64,000 nucleotides of DNA from a bacterium (GCA_023267755.1 JAHFMR010000002.1:42463-106462), one strand, 5' to 3'; counted from the stretch's first letter, positions 1-8,643 are shown. Numbers and translations: made by a program. Notes: generated by a model not told the origin, from the sequence alone.

Positions 1-38
1 ATCTTTCGCTCGTCGCGATACCTGCAAACCTCATTACG

Positions 39-335
39 ATGCCGGTGGTCCCACTCACGATGGCACTCTCGGCGCTCGCCGGGCTTGCTGGCGTACTCTT
101 CAGCTCCTTCGCCCCGATGCTCGGCACCCTCCTCTCATTCCCAGCGTACCTATTAAATGCGTATCTCATATTTATTGCACAAAATGCGGCAGCGTTACCG
201 CTTGCCGCATTCATACTTCCCGCATTCCCGTTCTGGCTTGTCCTCGCTGCGTATGCGGGACTGATCTACTTCGCTTCTTCAAAACGCTTCTCGATGACCG
301 ACCAATTGAGCGCTGCGAGAAAAGCGTCGATATAG
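39..335 (+). CDS. Hypothetical polytopic membrane protein fragment. The ORF is open to the window start and could be the N-terminal membrane part of a ComEC-like protein.
   Basis: The ORF translates to three or more hydrophobic helices. Its 3' end overlaps the sodA 3' end on the opposite strand. There are no catalytic motifs. Confidence 0.3.
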   Translation: MPVVPLTMALSALAGLAGVLFSSFAPMLGTLLSFPAYLLNAYLIFIAQNAAALPLAAFILPAFPFWLVLAAYAGLIYFASSKRFSMTDQLSAARKASI

Positions 336-865
336 TTCTTCTTCTCGGCAGGCACATAGTCGACCATATACGCGTGCTCCCAGAGGTCGAGCGCGAGGAT
401 AATCGGGAGGCCCGCGAGTTGGCCAATTTCATGATCCCCGACAAACACTGTGTGAAGTGCCTTACCAATCGCATCATAATAGACAACGACCCAGCCGATA
501 CCGCGGCTACCAGCGACCTCTCTCACGTGCCCAATGAGCCCTCCATCTCCGTATTTCTCCTGTGCAGCTTGGCTTAATGCAGAGTGTTCGCGCTTGGCGG
601 TCGGACCGCCAAGTAACTGCTCGAAGTAATATTCGTGCATACGCATCCCGTCGAATTCAAACGCGAAACGCCGGCGGAGCTCGGCGATTGCAAATTTGTC
701 GCCATCACTCGCCTTATCGCCATACGCTGCATACCCCTTGAGTGTCTCCATAAGGAGATTCACATGCTTCACGTAGCCCTCATAGAGCGCGAGGTGCACC
801 TTCACTTGTTTCTCTGAGATCCCTTCGAGCACAGGTAGATTGAATGTTTTTGCAGTGTATGTCAT
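266..865 (-). CDS. sodA: Fe/Mn superoxide dismutase
   Basis: The C-terminal DLWEHAYMVDY motif matches the D-x-WEHAYY metal-ligand motif of Fe/Mn SODs. An N-terminal His and an MHEYYF region are also present. The start is chosen at the internal Met (MTYTAKT) to avoid the divergent ORF. Confidence 0.8.
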   Translation of the reverse strand: MTYTAKTFNLPVLEGISEKQVKVHLALYEGYVKHVNLLMETLKGYAAYGDKASDGDKFAIAELRRRFAFEFDGMRMHEYYFEQLLGGPTAKREHSALSQAAQEKYGDGGLIGHVREVAGSRGIGWVVVYYDAIGKALHTVFVGDHEIGQLAGLPIILALDLWEHAYMVDYVPAEKKNYIDAFLAALNWSVIEKRFEEAK

Positions 866-893
866 AGAGATAAAAGTACCATATACTTTATAT

Positions 894-1346
894 ATGTCTC
901 GCACCGTGCCAACGAGTGTATATGCACTACTTCTTCTTATACTCCTTGGCGTAAATATTTATTTCTACCGGATTATCCTCACGCCGAGTGCTCCGATGGT
1001 GTCAGTACTCCCGGTGGGGAAGGAAAGCGTGGTTCTCATCCGCACACAAGGGAAAACGTTCCTTATCGACACTGGTCCCGATGCGAGCGTCCTCCGCGCG
1101 CTCGGCACGGTGTTGCCGCCCTGGGAGCGGCAGCTCGACGCGGTACTCCTCACCAGCACCAAGAAAGCTTCCATCGGCGGCCTTTCTGCCATCTTCGAGC
1201 GTTACACGGTCTCGCAGCAAATTCCTCTTACTGCGAGTCGTCGTCTCATTATTGCTCCTGATACCTTTATAGATATCGTACTAACACAAAACGCCCTTGC
1301 GGGCGTCTACTTCTCGAACTCGGCTACCACAACGCGGATTAGATAG
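894..1346 (+). CDS. Membrane-anchored protein with a degenerate ComEC-type metallo-beta-lactamase-fold domain
   Basis: It has an N-terminal TM helix followed by VLPVGKESVVLIRTQGKTFLIDTGPD, a pattern that resembles the ComEC/Rec2 MBL-domain start (LDVGQGD..LIDGG). The HxHxDH metal motif is not conserved. Confidence 0.4.
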   Translation: MSRTVPTSVYALLLLILLGVNIYFYRIILTPSAPMVSVLPVGKESVVLIRTQGKTFLIDTGPDASVLRALGTVLPPWERQLDAVLLTSTKKASIGGLSAIFERYTVSQQIPLTASRRLIIAPDTFIDIVLTQNALAGVYFSNSATTTRIR

Positions 1347-1581
1347 CTCCCGCCTTCTTAAGCGCAGCAAAGGCGCCGTTCTTCTTAATCGTCTTCAATC
1401 CCTTCATCGAGACATCAACAACGACGGTCTTATTGAGTTCAGGGACAAAAATGCGACGCTTCTGGAGATTGGCCTTGCGGCGAACCTTGCCGGTGGGGTT
1501 AAACTGCGTTGCGCGAACGCGGTTAGAGTACCGCCCGCCAACTTGCGTGCTCTTGCCGGTGATTTCGCAGGCTCGTGCCAT
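1339..1581 (-). CDS. rpmB: 50S ribosomal protein L28
   Basis: MARACEITGKSTQVGGRYSNRVRATQFNPTGKVRRKANLQKRR matches the L28 signature (MAR.CE..GK....G...SH....T.R.F.PNLQ). Confidence 0.85.
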   Translation of the reverse strand: MARACEITGKSTQVGGRYSNRVRATQFNPTGKVRRKANLQKRRIFVPELNKTVVVDVSMKGLKTIKKNGAFAALKKAGAI

Positions 1582-1590
1582 AGTCGTCGC

Positions 1591-2253
1591 ATGGTACCAT
1601 TAGGCCTGCAAACGAGCAATATGGTCACCTTCTTCTCCATCGCCGTCCTTATCCTCTCTATTATTGTGCACGAGGTCGCCCACGGCTACGCCGCCGACTC
1701 GCTCGGCGACCCTACCGCCCGCCTTGCCGGCCGTCTGACCCTCAATCCGCTCCCGCACATCGATCTGATGGGTTCGATTATCCTCCCCGCACTCCTTACT
1801 TTCACCAGCTCGCCAATTCTCTTCGGCTGGGCAAAACCGGTCCCGTATAATCCGTACAATCTGCAGGCACGCCGTTGGGGCGAGACCCTGGTCGCGCTCG
1901 CAGGCAGCGCGACCAATCTCTTCCTCGCGCTTATCTTCGGGCTACTGGTGCGCTACAGCCAAACACTCGGTCTTGATCAGACCGCACTCTCACTCGCCGT
2001 GACCATCGCCTTCGTCAATCTCTTCCTTGGACTCTTCAATCTCATCCCGTTTCCACCGCTCGACGGCTTCACCGCACTACGCTCTGCACTGCCGTGGCAC
2101 CTCTCGTCTCATCTCACGCGCCTTGAGCACAGTGTTCGTGTGATGGGTCCTGTCTCACTCTTCCTGTTTCTTCTTATTTTCTCCTACCTATTCGCCGGAC
2201 CGTTTTTCAAACTTGTTTTATACATCTTCAATCTACTCACTGGCGGAGCATGA
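1591..2253 (+). CDS. Site-2 protease family (peptidase M50) membrane metalloprotease
   Basis: It carries an HEVAHG zinc motif (HExxH) inside a TM helix and a downstream LDG motif with multiple TM segments. The start is set after the rpmB end. Confidence 0.75.
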   Translation: MVPLGLQTSNMVTFFSIAVLILSIIVHEVAHGYAADSLGDPTARLAGRLTLNPLPHIDLMGSIILPALLTFTSSPILFGWAKPVPYNPYNLQARRWGETLVALAGSATNLFLALIFGLLVRYSQTLGLDQTALSLAVTIAFVNLFLGLFNLIPFPPLDGFTALRSALPWHLSSHLTRLEHSVRVMGPVSLFLFLLIFSYLFAGPFFKLVLYIFNLLTGGA

Positions 2254-2268
2254 GTTATACTTAGGCTG

Positions 2269-2679
2269 ATGGAATACCAGGTGCCGCAGTTCATTGAGGC
2301 CGAAGACAAGATTGTTGGGCCTTTAACCTTGAAGCAATTCATCTACCTCGCTGGCGGATGTGGGCTCTGCGTCGTCTCTTTCCATTTCTTGCCGATTGTT
2401 TTTGCACTTCTTATCTCGGCACTCATCGTAGCCTTTGTTGCTGCGCTTGCATTCTACACAATAAATGGGAAGCCGTTTATTGAAATGGTCGAGGCCGGCT
2501 TTAGTTATTACACACGTGCAAAGCTCTTCCTCTGGCAACATCAGGACCCGAAAATTGCGAAGGAGCCGGTCGCTCCTGCTGCTGTTCACGCACTCCGCGG
2601 GACGCCGAAACTGACGAGAGGGAAGCTCTCCGAGCTCGCGTGGTCGCTCGATATTTCTTCCAAAGGCGGACAAAAATAA
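2269..2679 (+). CDS. PrgI-family (VirB3-like) small membrane protein of a type IV secretion-like system
   Basis: MEYQVPQFIEAEDKIVGPLTLKQFIYLAGG followed by two TM helices. It sits directly upstream of the VirB4-like ATPase. The N-terminal pattern is typical of PrgI-family proteins. Confidence 0.7.
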   Translation: MEYQVPQFIEAEDKIVGPLTLKQFIYLAGGCGLCVVSFHFLPIVFALLISALIVAFVAALAFYTINGKPFIEMVEAGFSYYTRAKLFLWQHQDPKIAKEPVAPAAVHALRGTPKLTRGKLSELAWSLDISSKGGQK

Positions 2680-2680
2680 T

Positions 2681-3310
2681 ATGGCTATTACCTCGGCAAA
2701 TGCGACCCAGCAATTCGTCCCGGTCAAAGAGATTCGGAATGGCGTCATCATCCTCAAAGACGGCAGTTATCGCGGCGTGCTCATCTGCTCCTCGGTCAAC
2801 TTCGGATTGAAGTCGGCTGATGAGCAGCACGCTATTACACTTGGCTTCCAGAATTTTCTCAATACGCTCGATTTCTCGATACAAATCACCATCAATTCAC
2901 GACGGATGGATTTGCGCCCTTATCTCGCGTTTCTTGCCGAGAAAGAGCCCGATCAAAAGAGCGAACTGATGCGCATCCAGCTCCGTGAGTATATCGAGTT
3001 CATCCGATCATTTACTGACCAGTTAAATATTATGACAAAGTCCTTTTATGTCATCGTCCCATACGCACCGCACTTCTCTGCCGCAAGCTCTATAGGCTTC
3101 CTCAAACACGATGCCGGTGCGACACATATTGCAGAAAGTTCCTTCGAAGAAGACCGTGCCCAACTTGAACAGCGTCTCTCGCTCGTCGGGGGCGGGCTTG
3201 AGAGCATCGGCGTGCGTGCGGTCCCGCTCGGCACCGAAGAGGTTATTGAGCTTCTGTACCGCTCTTTCAACCCCGGCGAGCTCGAGAATCCTATTCGTCT
3301 CGACAATTGA
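2681..3310 (+). CDS. Hypothetical protein, either an accessory T4SS component or a split-off VirB4 N-terminal domain
   Basis: The 209-aa ORF is translationally coupled on both sides. Its stop is 1 nt before the VirB4-like start and its start is 1 nt after the PrgI stop. There is no TM segment. Confidence 0.55.
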   Translation: MAITSANATQQFVPVKEIRNGVIILKDGSYRGVLICSSVNFGLKSADEQHAITLGFQNFLNTLDFSIQITINSRRMDLRPYLAFLAEKEPDQKSELMRIQLREYIEFIRSFTDQLNIMTKSFYVIVPYAPHFSAASSIGFLKHDAGATHIAESSFEEDRAQLEQRLSLVGGGLESIGVRAVPLGTEEVIELLYRSFNPGELENPIRLDN

Positions 3311-3311
3311 T

Positions 3312-5129
3312 ATGGCACTCCTCGATTTCCTCAACAAGAAGAAAGAAGAAGCTCCTTCCATCCTGCCGGTATTGCCGAAGGATATCTACAATAAGGGTGC
3401 ACTTGACCTTATCGACACCATCGCCCCGACAGCACTCAAGGTGAGTCCGCGTGAGCTGGAGCTCGGCGAGAAGTTTGTTCGTGCCTTCTACACAATCTCC
3501 TATCCACGCTATCTTTCTGACAGCTGGTTCTCACCGGTCATCAATCTCGATAAAATGCTCGATGTTTCTATCTTCATCCACCCCATAGACACCGAGCAGG
3601 CGTTGCACACCTTTCAGAAGAAGGTCGCTGAATATCAGAGCCAAATTAACGAGCGCGAAGCAAAGGGGCTCGTGCGCGACCCTGCTCTCGACACCGGATA
3701 TCAAGACCTCGAGAGTCTCCGCGACAGCTTGCAACAGGCCCAAGAAAAACTTTTTGACGTCGGGCTGTATCTCGCACTCTACGGCGACACTAAGGAGGAG
3801 ATAGAGAAGACCGAAGGGAACATTCGTGGCCTTCTCGACTCGAAGCTGGTCTACACCAAGCCGGCACTCTTCCAACAAGAGCAAGGCTTCCGTTCTTGCC
3901 TCCCACTCGGCACTGACGAGCTCCTCGTCAACTCCAAGCTGAACTCCTCACCGCTTTCCTCCATCTTCCCCTTTGTTTCCTTCGACCTCACGAGCGACCG
4001 CGGCATTCTCTATGGGATAAACAGACATAATTCTTCGCTCATTCTCTTCGATCGTTTCTCCCTTGAGAACTACAACTCGGTCGTCTTCGCGAAGTCAGGC
4101 TCCGGCAAGAGCTATGCCACTAAGCTTGAGATTATCCGCTCGCTTATGTTCGGTACCGACGTCATCGTCATCGACCCTGAACGCGAATATGAGCAGCTCG
4201 CTGAAGCGACCGGCGGACGCTCGTTCCATATCTCACTCTCCTCCGAGCACCACATCAATCCATTTGACCTTCCGCCGGTGAAGGAAGACGAGGACCCGAA
4301 GGATATTCTGCGTTCTAATATCATCAATCTCGTTGGGCTCTTCCGCATTATGCTCTCCGGTCTCTCGCCAGAAGAAGACGCGATTATTGATCGTGCGGTG
4401 AGCGAGACATATGCGCTTAAGGATATTACTGGCGATACTGACTTTACCGGTGCCGAGCCGCCGCTTCTCTCTGACTTCGAGCAAGTGCTCTCGGGGATGG
4501 AGGGAAGTGCTTCACTCCTCGAACGCCTTTCCAAGTACACCCGCGGCACGTGGGCAGGATTCCTCAATCAACCGACCAATATCGATATCAAGCAACAGTT
4601 TGTGGTCTTCTCGGTGCGCGATATGGAGGATGAACTGAAGCCGATCGCGATGTATATCCTCACGCACTATATCTGGAACGCGGTCCGTCACGAGTTGAAA
4701 AAGCGTCTCCTGATTATCGACGAGGCGTGGTGGATGATGAAGAGTGACGACACCGCAAGCTTCCTCTACAGCCTCGCTAAGCGCGGCCGCAAGTACTATC
4801 TCGGCGTCTGCACGATTACTCAGGACGTCGAAGACTTCCTTAAGAGCCCGTATGGTCGCCCGATTCTTACCAACTCATCGCTCCAACTTCTCTTGAAGCA
4901 GTCGCCCACCACTATCGATGTTCTCCAGAAGACATTCAACCTTACCGACGAGGAGAAGTATCTCCTGCTCGAAGCGGGGGTGGGGGAAGGGCTCTTCTTT
5001 GCCGGACTGAAACACGTCGCTATAAAGGTCGTCGGAAGCTACACCGAGGATCAGATCATCACCTCTGACCCCTCACAGCTCCTCGCGATAAAGAAGGAAA
5101 AGGATCGCCATGCCGCTGAGAAGAGCTAA
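3312..5129 (+). CDS. virB4: VirB4/TrbE/CagE-family type IV secretion ATPase
   Basis: It has a Walker A motif (VVFAKSGSGKSY), a Walker B/DEAW-like motif (LLIIDEAWWMM) and the C-terminal architecture of VirB4-like conjugal-transfer ATPases. The start is taken at MALLDFL because the upstream in-frame extension overlaps the preceding gene. Confidence 0.85.
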   Translation: MALLDFLNKKKEEAPSILPVLPKDIYNKGALDLIDTIAPTALKVSPRELELGEKFVRAFYTISYPRYLSDSWFSPVINLDKMLDVSIFIHPIDTEQALHTFQKKVAEYQSQINEREAKGLVRDPALDTGYQDLESLRDSLQQAQEKLFDVGLYLALYGDTKEEIEKTEGNIRGLLDSKLVYTKPALFQQEQGFRSCLPLGTDELLVNSKLNSSPLSSIFPFVSFDLTSDRGILYGINRHNSSLILFDRFSLENYNSVVFAKSGSGKSYATKLEIIRSLMFGTDVIVIDPEREYEQLAEATGGRSFHISLSSEHHINPFDLPPVKEDEDPKDILRSNIINLVGLFRIMLSGLSPEEDAIIDRAVSETYALKDITGDTDFTGAEPPLLSDFEQVLSGMEGSASLLERLSKYTRGTWAGFLNQPTNIDIKQQFVVFSVRDMEDELKPIAMYILTHYIWNAVRHELKKRLLIIDEAWWMMKSDDTASFLYSLAKRGRKYYLGVCTITQDVEDFLKSPYGRPILTNSSLQLLLKQSPTTIDVLQKTFNLTDEEKYLLLEAGVGEGLFFAGLKHVAIKVVGSYTEDQIITSDPSQLLAIKKEKDRHAAEKS

Positions 5130-5790
5130 GGTCGAGCCTGAGCCGCCGGTGATGACCTGGAGGAAGGCCGCACCTGTCCTCGCAGTAGCGGGCATCTTCG
5201 ACTTCCTGCGTCTCCTCTGTATCTTCTTCTGGTTCCTCGGGCCGGCGCTCGCAGCGATTTACTGCGTTAACAAAGTGAGTGGGTGGGTGGGGTCACTATG
5301 GGGATTAACCGCTACAGTGTGCGCCGCGACGTCTGGTGCCGCTGGCATTGCCGCCTCGGAAATAACCATACCGCTCGGTGCCATTCTCGCTGACGCGGCC
5401 GCCCTCATCGGCTTTCTCACGCTCGGGATGATTATTATTATGAGTAATAAGCGCATTCTGAAAACCGTCACTTCAGCCCCGCTCCAGTTCACCGCGGCCT
5501 TCGGCGTGAGTGCTATTCCTTTTATCGGCTCTGTCTTGCCTGCTTTCACCTTCATCCTCTGGCGACTGTATCGAGGACAGATTCGTGTCGAAAAAGCGGC
5601 CCATAAAAAATGGGGGGAGGAGACGGCTGCTGCCAGAAAGGAGACACGGAATCAGCAACAAGCGCAACTACTTCAGCAGCAGGCAGTCATACAGGCACAG
5701 ACAGCACAAGAGGCGGCCAATGATGAGGCTTTTGCTCAAACAGAAAATGAAGAAAACATATCCCCTGAAGAAGAGCCGTTGGCGGCCTAA
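5110..5790 (+). CDS. Hypothetical polytopic membrane protein with a Q-rich C-terminal tail, likely a T4SS-like locus component
   Basis: It has 4-5 TM helices and a C-terminal QQAQLLQQQAVIQAQTAQ low-complexity tail. It overlaps the virB4 stop by 20 nt, indicating operonic coupling. Confidence 0.55.
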   Translation: MPLRRAKVEPEPPVMTWRKAAPVLAVAGIFDFLRLLCIFFWFLGPALAAIYCVNKVSGWVGSLWGLTATVCAATSGAAGIAASEITIPLGAILADAAALIGFLTLGMIIIMSNKRILKTVTSAPLQFTAAFGVSAIPFIGSVLPAFTFILWRLYRGQIRVEKAAHKKWGEETAAARKETRNQQQAQLLQQQAVIQAQTAQEAANDEAFAQTENEENISPEEEPLAA

Positions 5791-5819
5791 CCTCCTTGTG
5801 CAGGCTATATACTAGAAGT

Positions 5820-6803
5820 ATGCGTCCGTATCTTCTGTCGGCACTTATTCTCTTGTCGCCCTTTGCCGCCCTCGCACAGCTCGGCGATACGCCGGGGAGT
5901 CTTGATCCTTTCACACTGTCAGTCAGCCCGCAGTATGTGGCCCCCTACAGCCGAGCGACCCTTTTTGTACAATCATCTTCCCTCAATCTCGCTAATGCGA
6001 CGATGGTTGTTACCGTTGCTGGCAAAGACATCTACCAAGGTAGTGTGCAGTCTATCCCTATTCCCGCAGGGAAGGCGGGAGTTGCTATCGTAGTGAGAGT
6101 GAAAATTACGTCCGGCGGCACGCCGTATACACAGACGGTGTCTATCCAGCCCCAGGACGTCTCCATTGTCGTGGAGCCGGTCTCTTCGGCTCCGGTGCTC
6201 TACCCCGGGAAGCCCGCGATACCCGCGGGGGGCAGCTCGCGCATCGTCGCGGTGGCAAATATGCGCACTGCCCGCGGCGCGCCGGTCGACCCGACGACGC
6301 TCTCGTATGCTTGGGCAGTCGATGGAACCCAGATTGAGAACTCCTCCGGCATTGGCAGGTCATCTCTCTTGGTCGCCTCGCCCATTGCCTATCGTTCTCG
6401 CCCGGTCTCGGTCACGGTAACGAACTCAGACAGCACGCTCATCGGCGGTGATTCGACTACCCTCTATGCAAAGGATCCGTCCGTGCGCATCTACGCAAAT
6501 GATCCACTCCTCGGTATCCGCTTTGACCACGCTCTCACGGAGACTTATGCTATCTCCGGTGCAGAAGCCACTCTCTACGCCGCCCCGTTTTCATTCCCGA
6601 CCACCGGCGGCGCTCCGCTCCTCCAGTGGTTCCTTAATGGCGCTGTAGCACAAACAGGCGCTTCTATAACGCTCCGGCCGACTGGAAATGGGCAGGGAGA
6701 CGCCTCACTCTCGCTCACTGCCTCTGCTGGGCAGTCTACGCCGGCGACCGCGAGTCTCTCGCTCATCTTCGGTACCGCAAGCTCTAACTTCCTTGGCCTA
6801 TGA
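5820..6803 (+). CDS. Hypothetical secreted protein
   Basis: It has an N-terminal signal peptide (MRPYLLSALILLSPFAALAQ) and is Ser/Thr/Ala-rich and beta-rich. Its stop overlaps the next ORF start. Confidence 0.55.
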   Translation: MRPYLLSALILLSPFAALAQLGDTPGSLDPFTLSVSPQYVAPYSRATLFVQSSSLNLANATMVVTVAGKDIYQGSVQSIPIPAGKAGVAIVVRVKITSGGTPYTQTVSIQPQDVSIVVEPVSSAPVLYPGKPAIPAGGSSRIVAVANMRTARGAPVDPTTLSYAWAVDGTQIENSSGIGRSSLLVASPIAYRSRPVSVTVTNSDSTLIGGDSTTLYAKDPSVRIYANDPLLGIRFDHALTETYAISGAEATLYAAPFSFPTTGGAPLLQWFLNGAVAQTGASITLRPTGNGQGDASLSLTASAGQSTPATASLSLIFGTASSNFLGL

Positions 6804-7450
6804 AACGTCTGACCCTCACTTCTTTTATCCTTTTCCTCCTCTTTACCTCTTTTGCTACGCTCGCACACGCAACAGGGTTCGTCCCGCTCGCTCCTATCTC
6901 TGGCCTCACGACAGTCCAGCCGACAGATGCCGGATTGTCTACCTTCTTCAACAATCTCTACAAATATCTCATCGGCCTTTCCGCGGCACTCGCGGTCATT
7001 ATGATTGTCTGGGGCGGGCTCGAGATCTCTACCCAGGACTCGGTCAGTAAACAGGGGGAGGGGAAAGAGAAGATACGCGGAGCGCTCTTCGGCCTCGCGC
7101 TCGTCCTCTCACCCGTGCTTGTCTTCACCATCATCAACCCCAAGATTTTGAACCTGTCGGTTGGTCTCGAAAAACTTAATGTGAATGCTCCGACGTCAAT
7201 TTTTGGGTCCTTTGGATCTTCCCCTTCATCTAGTCTTATTCCTAGCACCGCAACAAGTGGCCCCTCCTTCCCGCAATCTGAATTCCAGACAAGCTGTTCA
7301 TCATACTCAAATTCAACCAATGAAGTGATAATTGCATCTCTTCCAAAGACTTGCTCCGATTTCAATGGAACATCTATCGCTATGCTTTGTTGTTTCCCGA
7401 ATGGCGGTGTGAATACAACTAATTTCTCATGTTGCGTACACCCGAAATAA
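6800..7450 (+). CDS. Putative TrbC/VirB2-like pilin-type protein with a Cys-rich C-terminal extension
   Basis: A signal peptide is followed by two hydrophobic helices separated by a short polar loop (LSAALAVIMIVWGGLEIST ... ALFGLALVLSPVLVFTII), which is the VirB2/TrbC topology. The C-terminal tail contains 8 Cys. Confidence 0.45.
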   Translation: MKRLTLTSFILFLLFTSFATLAHATGFVPLAPISGLTTVQPTDAGLSTFFNNLYKYLIGLSAALAVIMIVWGGLEISTQDSVSKQGEGKEKIRGALFGLALVLSPVLVFTIINPKILNLSVGLEKLNVNAPTSIFGSFGSSPSSSLIPSTATSGPSFPQSEFQTSCSSYSNSTNEVIIASLPKTCSDFNGTSIAMLCCFPNGGVNTTNFSCCVHPK

Positions 7451-7455
7451 TTTCT

Positions 7456-8643
7456 ATGCGCCGAACACTTATTATTACCGGAATAGTCGTTGTCATCATC
7501 GGAGTCGGGGTCGCTATTTATTTCCTCTTCTTCGCGAAGCCGGCGATTACTGTCCCCGACACGACTCTTCCTTCTGCGGGGCAGGGGACCCTCCCTTCGG
7601 GGAGCGCTTCGGACGCTACAGCCCCCCAGAGCGGCCCCAAGGCCGTTACTGCGCGCTTGGTTAAGATTAGTGCTGGCCCGGTCGTCCCGGGCGAGGCGGT
7701 CGTTGATAAACGCGGATCCACTGCGAGCTCATCGCCTGAGGTTGTGGTCAATTACATCGAGCGCCAGAGTGGTAATGTCTTTATCTACTCTGAGACTACC
7801 CGGACACTCACTCGCGTCTCCAACAAAACACTCCCGGGTATCCAGTCCGCCGCGTGGCTCTCCGATGGCTCGGCGGCGCTGGTGCGGTATCTCTCGGGCG
7901 CGGACTCCTCCACGATAAACACTTACGCACTCTTCGCGACAAGCTCAGACGGGTTTTTCTTATCCCAAAACCTTACCGATGTCGCTGTCTCTTCGACAAA
8001 CATCCTGACGCTCGCCTCTGGTGTGAACGGTTCTGTCGCCTCACTCTCGAACAAAGACGGTTCCCATTCGGTCTCCATCTTCACTTCGCCGCTCTCTGCC
8101 CTCCGGCTCTCGTATGCGGGGAAGGATCATTATCTCGCTTTCACCAAGCCTTCAAATGCTCTTGCCGGTGGCGCATTTCTTGTTGATACCGCTGGGAATT
8201 TTTCCCGTGTCGGTGGCGCCCACAACGGTCTTGTCGCGCTTGCGAGTCCGAGCGGCAAATGGGTTCTTATCAGCTCGGCCCGCGGAGGCACGATGCAGCT
8301 GGAACTGGTAGACACTACTACCAGTGAGAGTATTGCTCTCCCGGTCGCCACTATCGCGGATAAATGCGTGTGGGCTACTGATGATTCGGCCATCTACTGT
8401 GGTGTTCCGACAACGTCTCCCGCTGGCGCTGTGTATCCTGATGACTGGTATCAGGGTGCGGTGCACTTCTCTGATCGTATCTGGAAGATTCAGGTCGCCG
8501 GCCGCTATGCACAGCTCGTGCTCGATTTTCCAAAGGAGGCCAAGGATGTGTTGGATGCCTGGGCACTTGCGCTCGACCCATCAGAGACGACGCTCGTCTT
8601 TGTTAATAAGAATGATGGCTCTCTCTGGAGCTATTCTCTATAG
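7456..8643 (+). CDS. Hypothetical membrane-anchored extracytoplasmic protein, probably a beta-propeller-like fold
   Basis: It has a single N-terminal TM anchor and a long Ser/Thr/Gly-rich ectodomain. It is the last gene of the co-directional block downstream of virB4. Confidence 0.5.
   Translation: MRRTLIITGIVVVIIGVGVAIYFLFFAKPAITVPDTTLPSAGQGTLPSGSASDATAPQSGPKAVTARLVKISAGPVVPGEAVVDKRGSTASSSPEVVVNYIERQSGNVFIYSETTRTLTRVSNKTLPGIQSAAWLSDGSAALVRYLSGADSSTINTYALFATSSDGFFLSQNLTDVAVSSTNILTLASGVNGSVASLSNKDGSHSVSIFTSPLSALRLSYAGKDHYLAFTKPSNALAGGAFLVDTAGNFSRVGGAHNGLVALASPSGKWVLISSARGGTMQLELVDTTTSESIALPVATIADKCVWATDDSAIYCGVPTTSPAGAVYPDDWYQGAVHFSDRIWKIQVAGRYAQLVLDFPKEAKDVLDAWALALDPSETTLVFVNKNDGSLWSYSL

Noticed and set aside
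211-486. 91-aa minus-strand ORF overlapping the sodA region
   Set aside because: It lies entirely within or antisense to the sodA coding frame. It is Arg/Ser-rich, the typical composition of out-of-frame ORFs in GC-rich coding DNA. It is a shadow ORF.
3111-3311. In-frame N-terminal extension of the VirB4-like ORF (ORF track starts at 3111)
   Set aside because: The extension overlaps the 2681-3310 gene for 200 nt. It is Ser/Arg-rich and low complexity. The start at 3312 (MALLDFL) sits 1 nt after the upstream stop, so I used 3312.
4112-4567. 151-aa and 83-aa minus-strand ORFs inside virB4
   Set aside because: They are antisense shadow ORFs within a well-supported ATPase gene.
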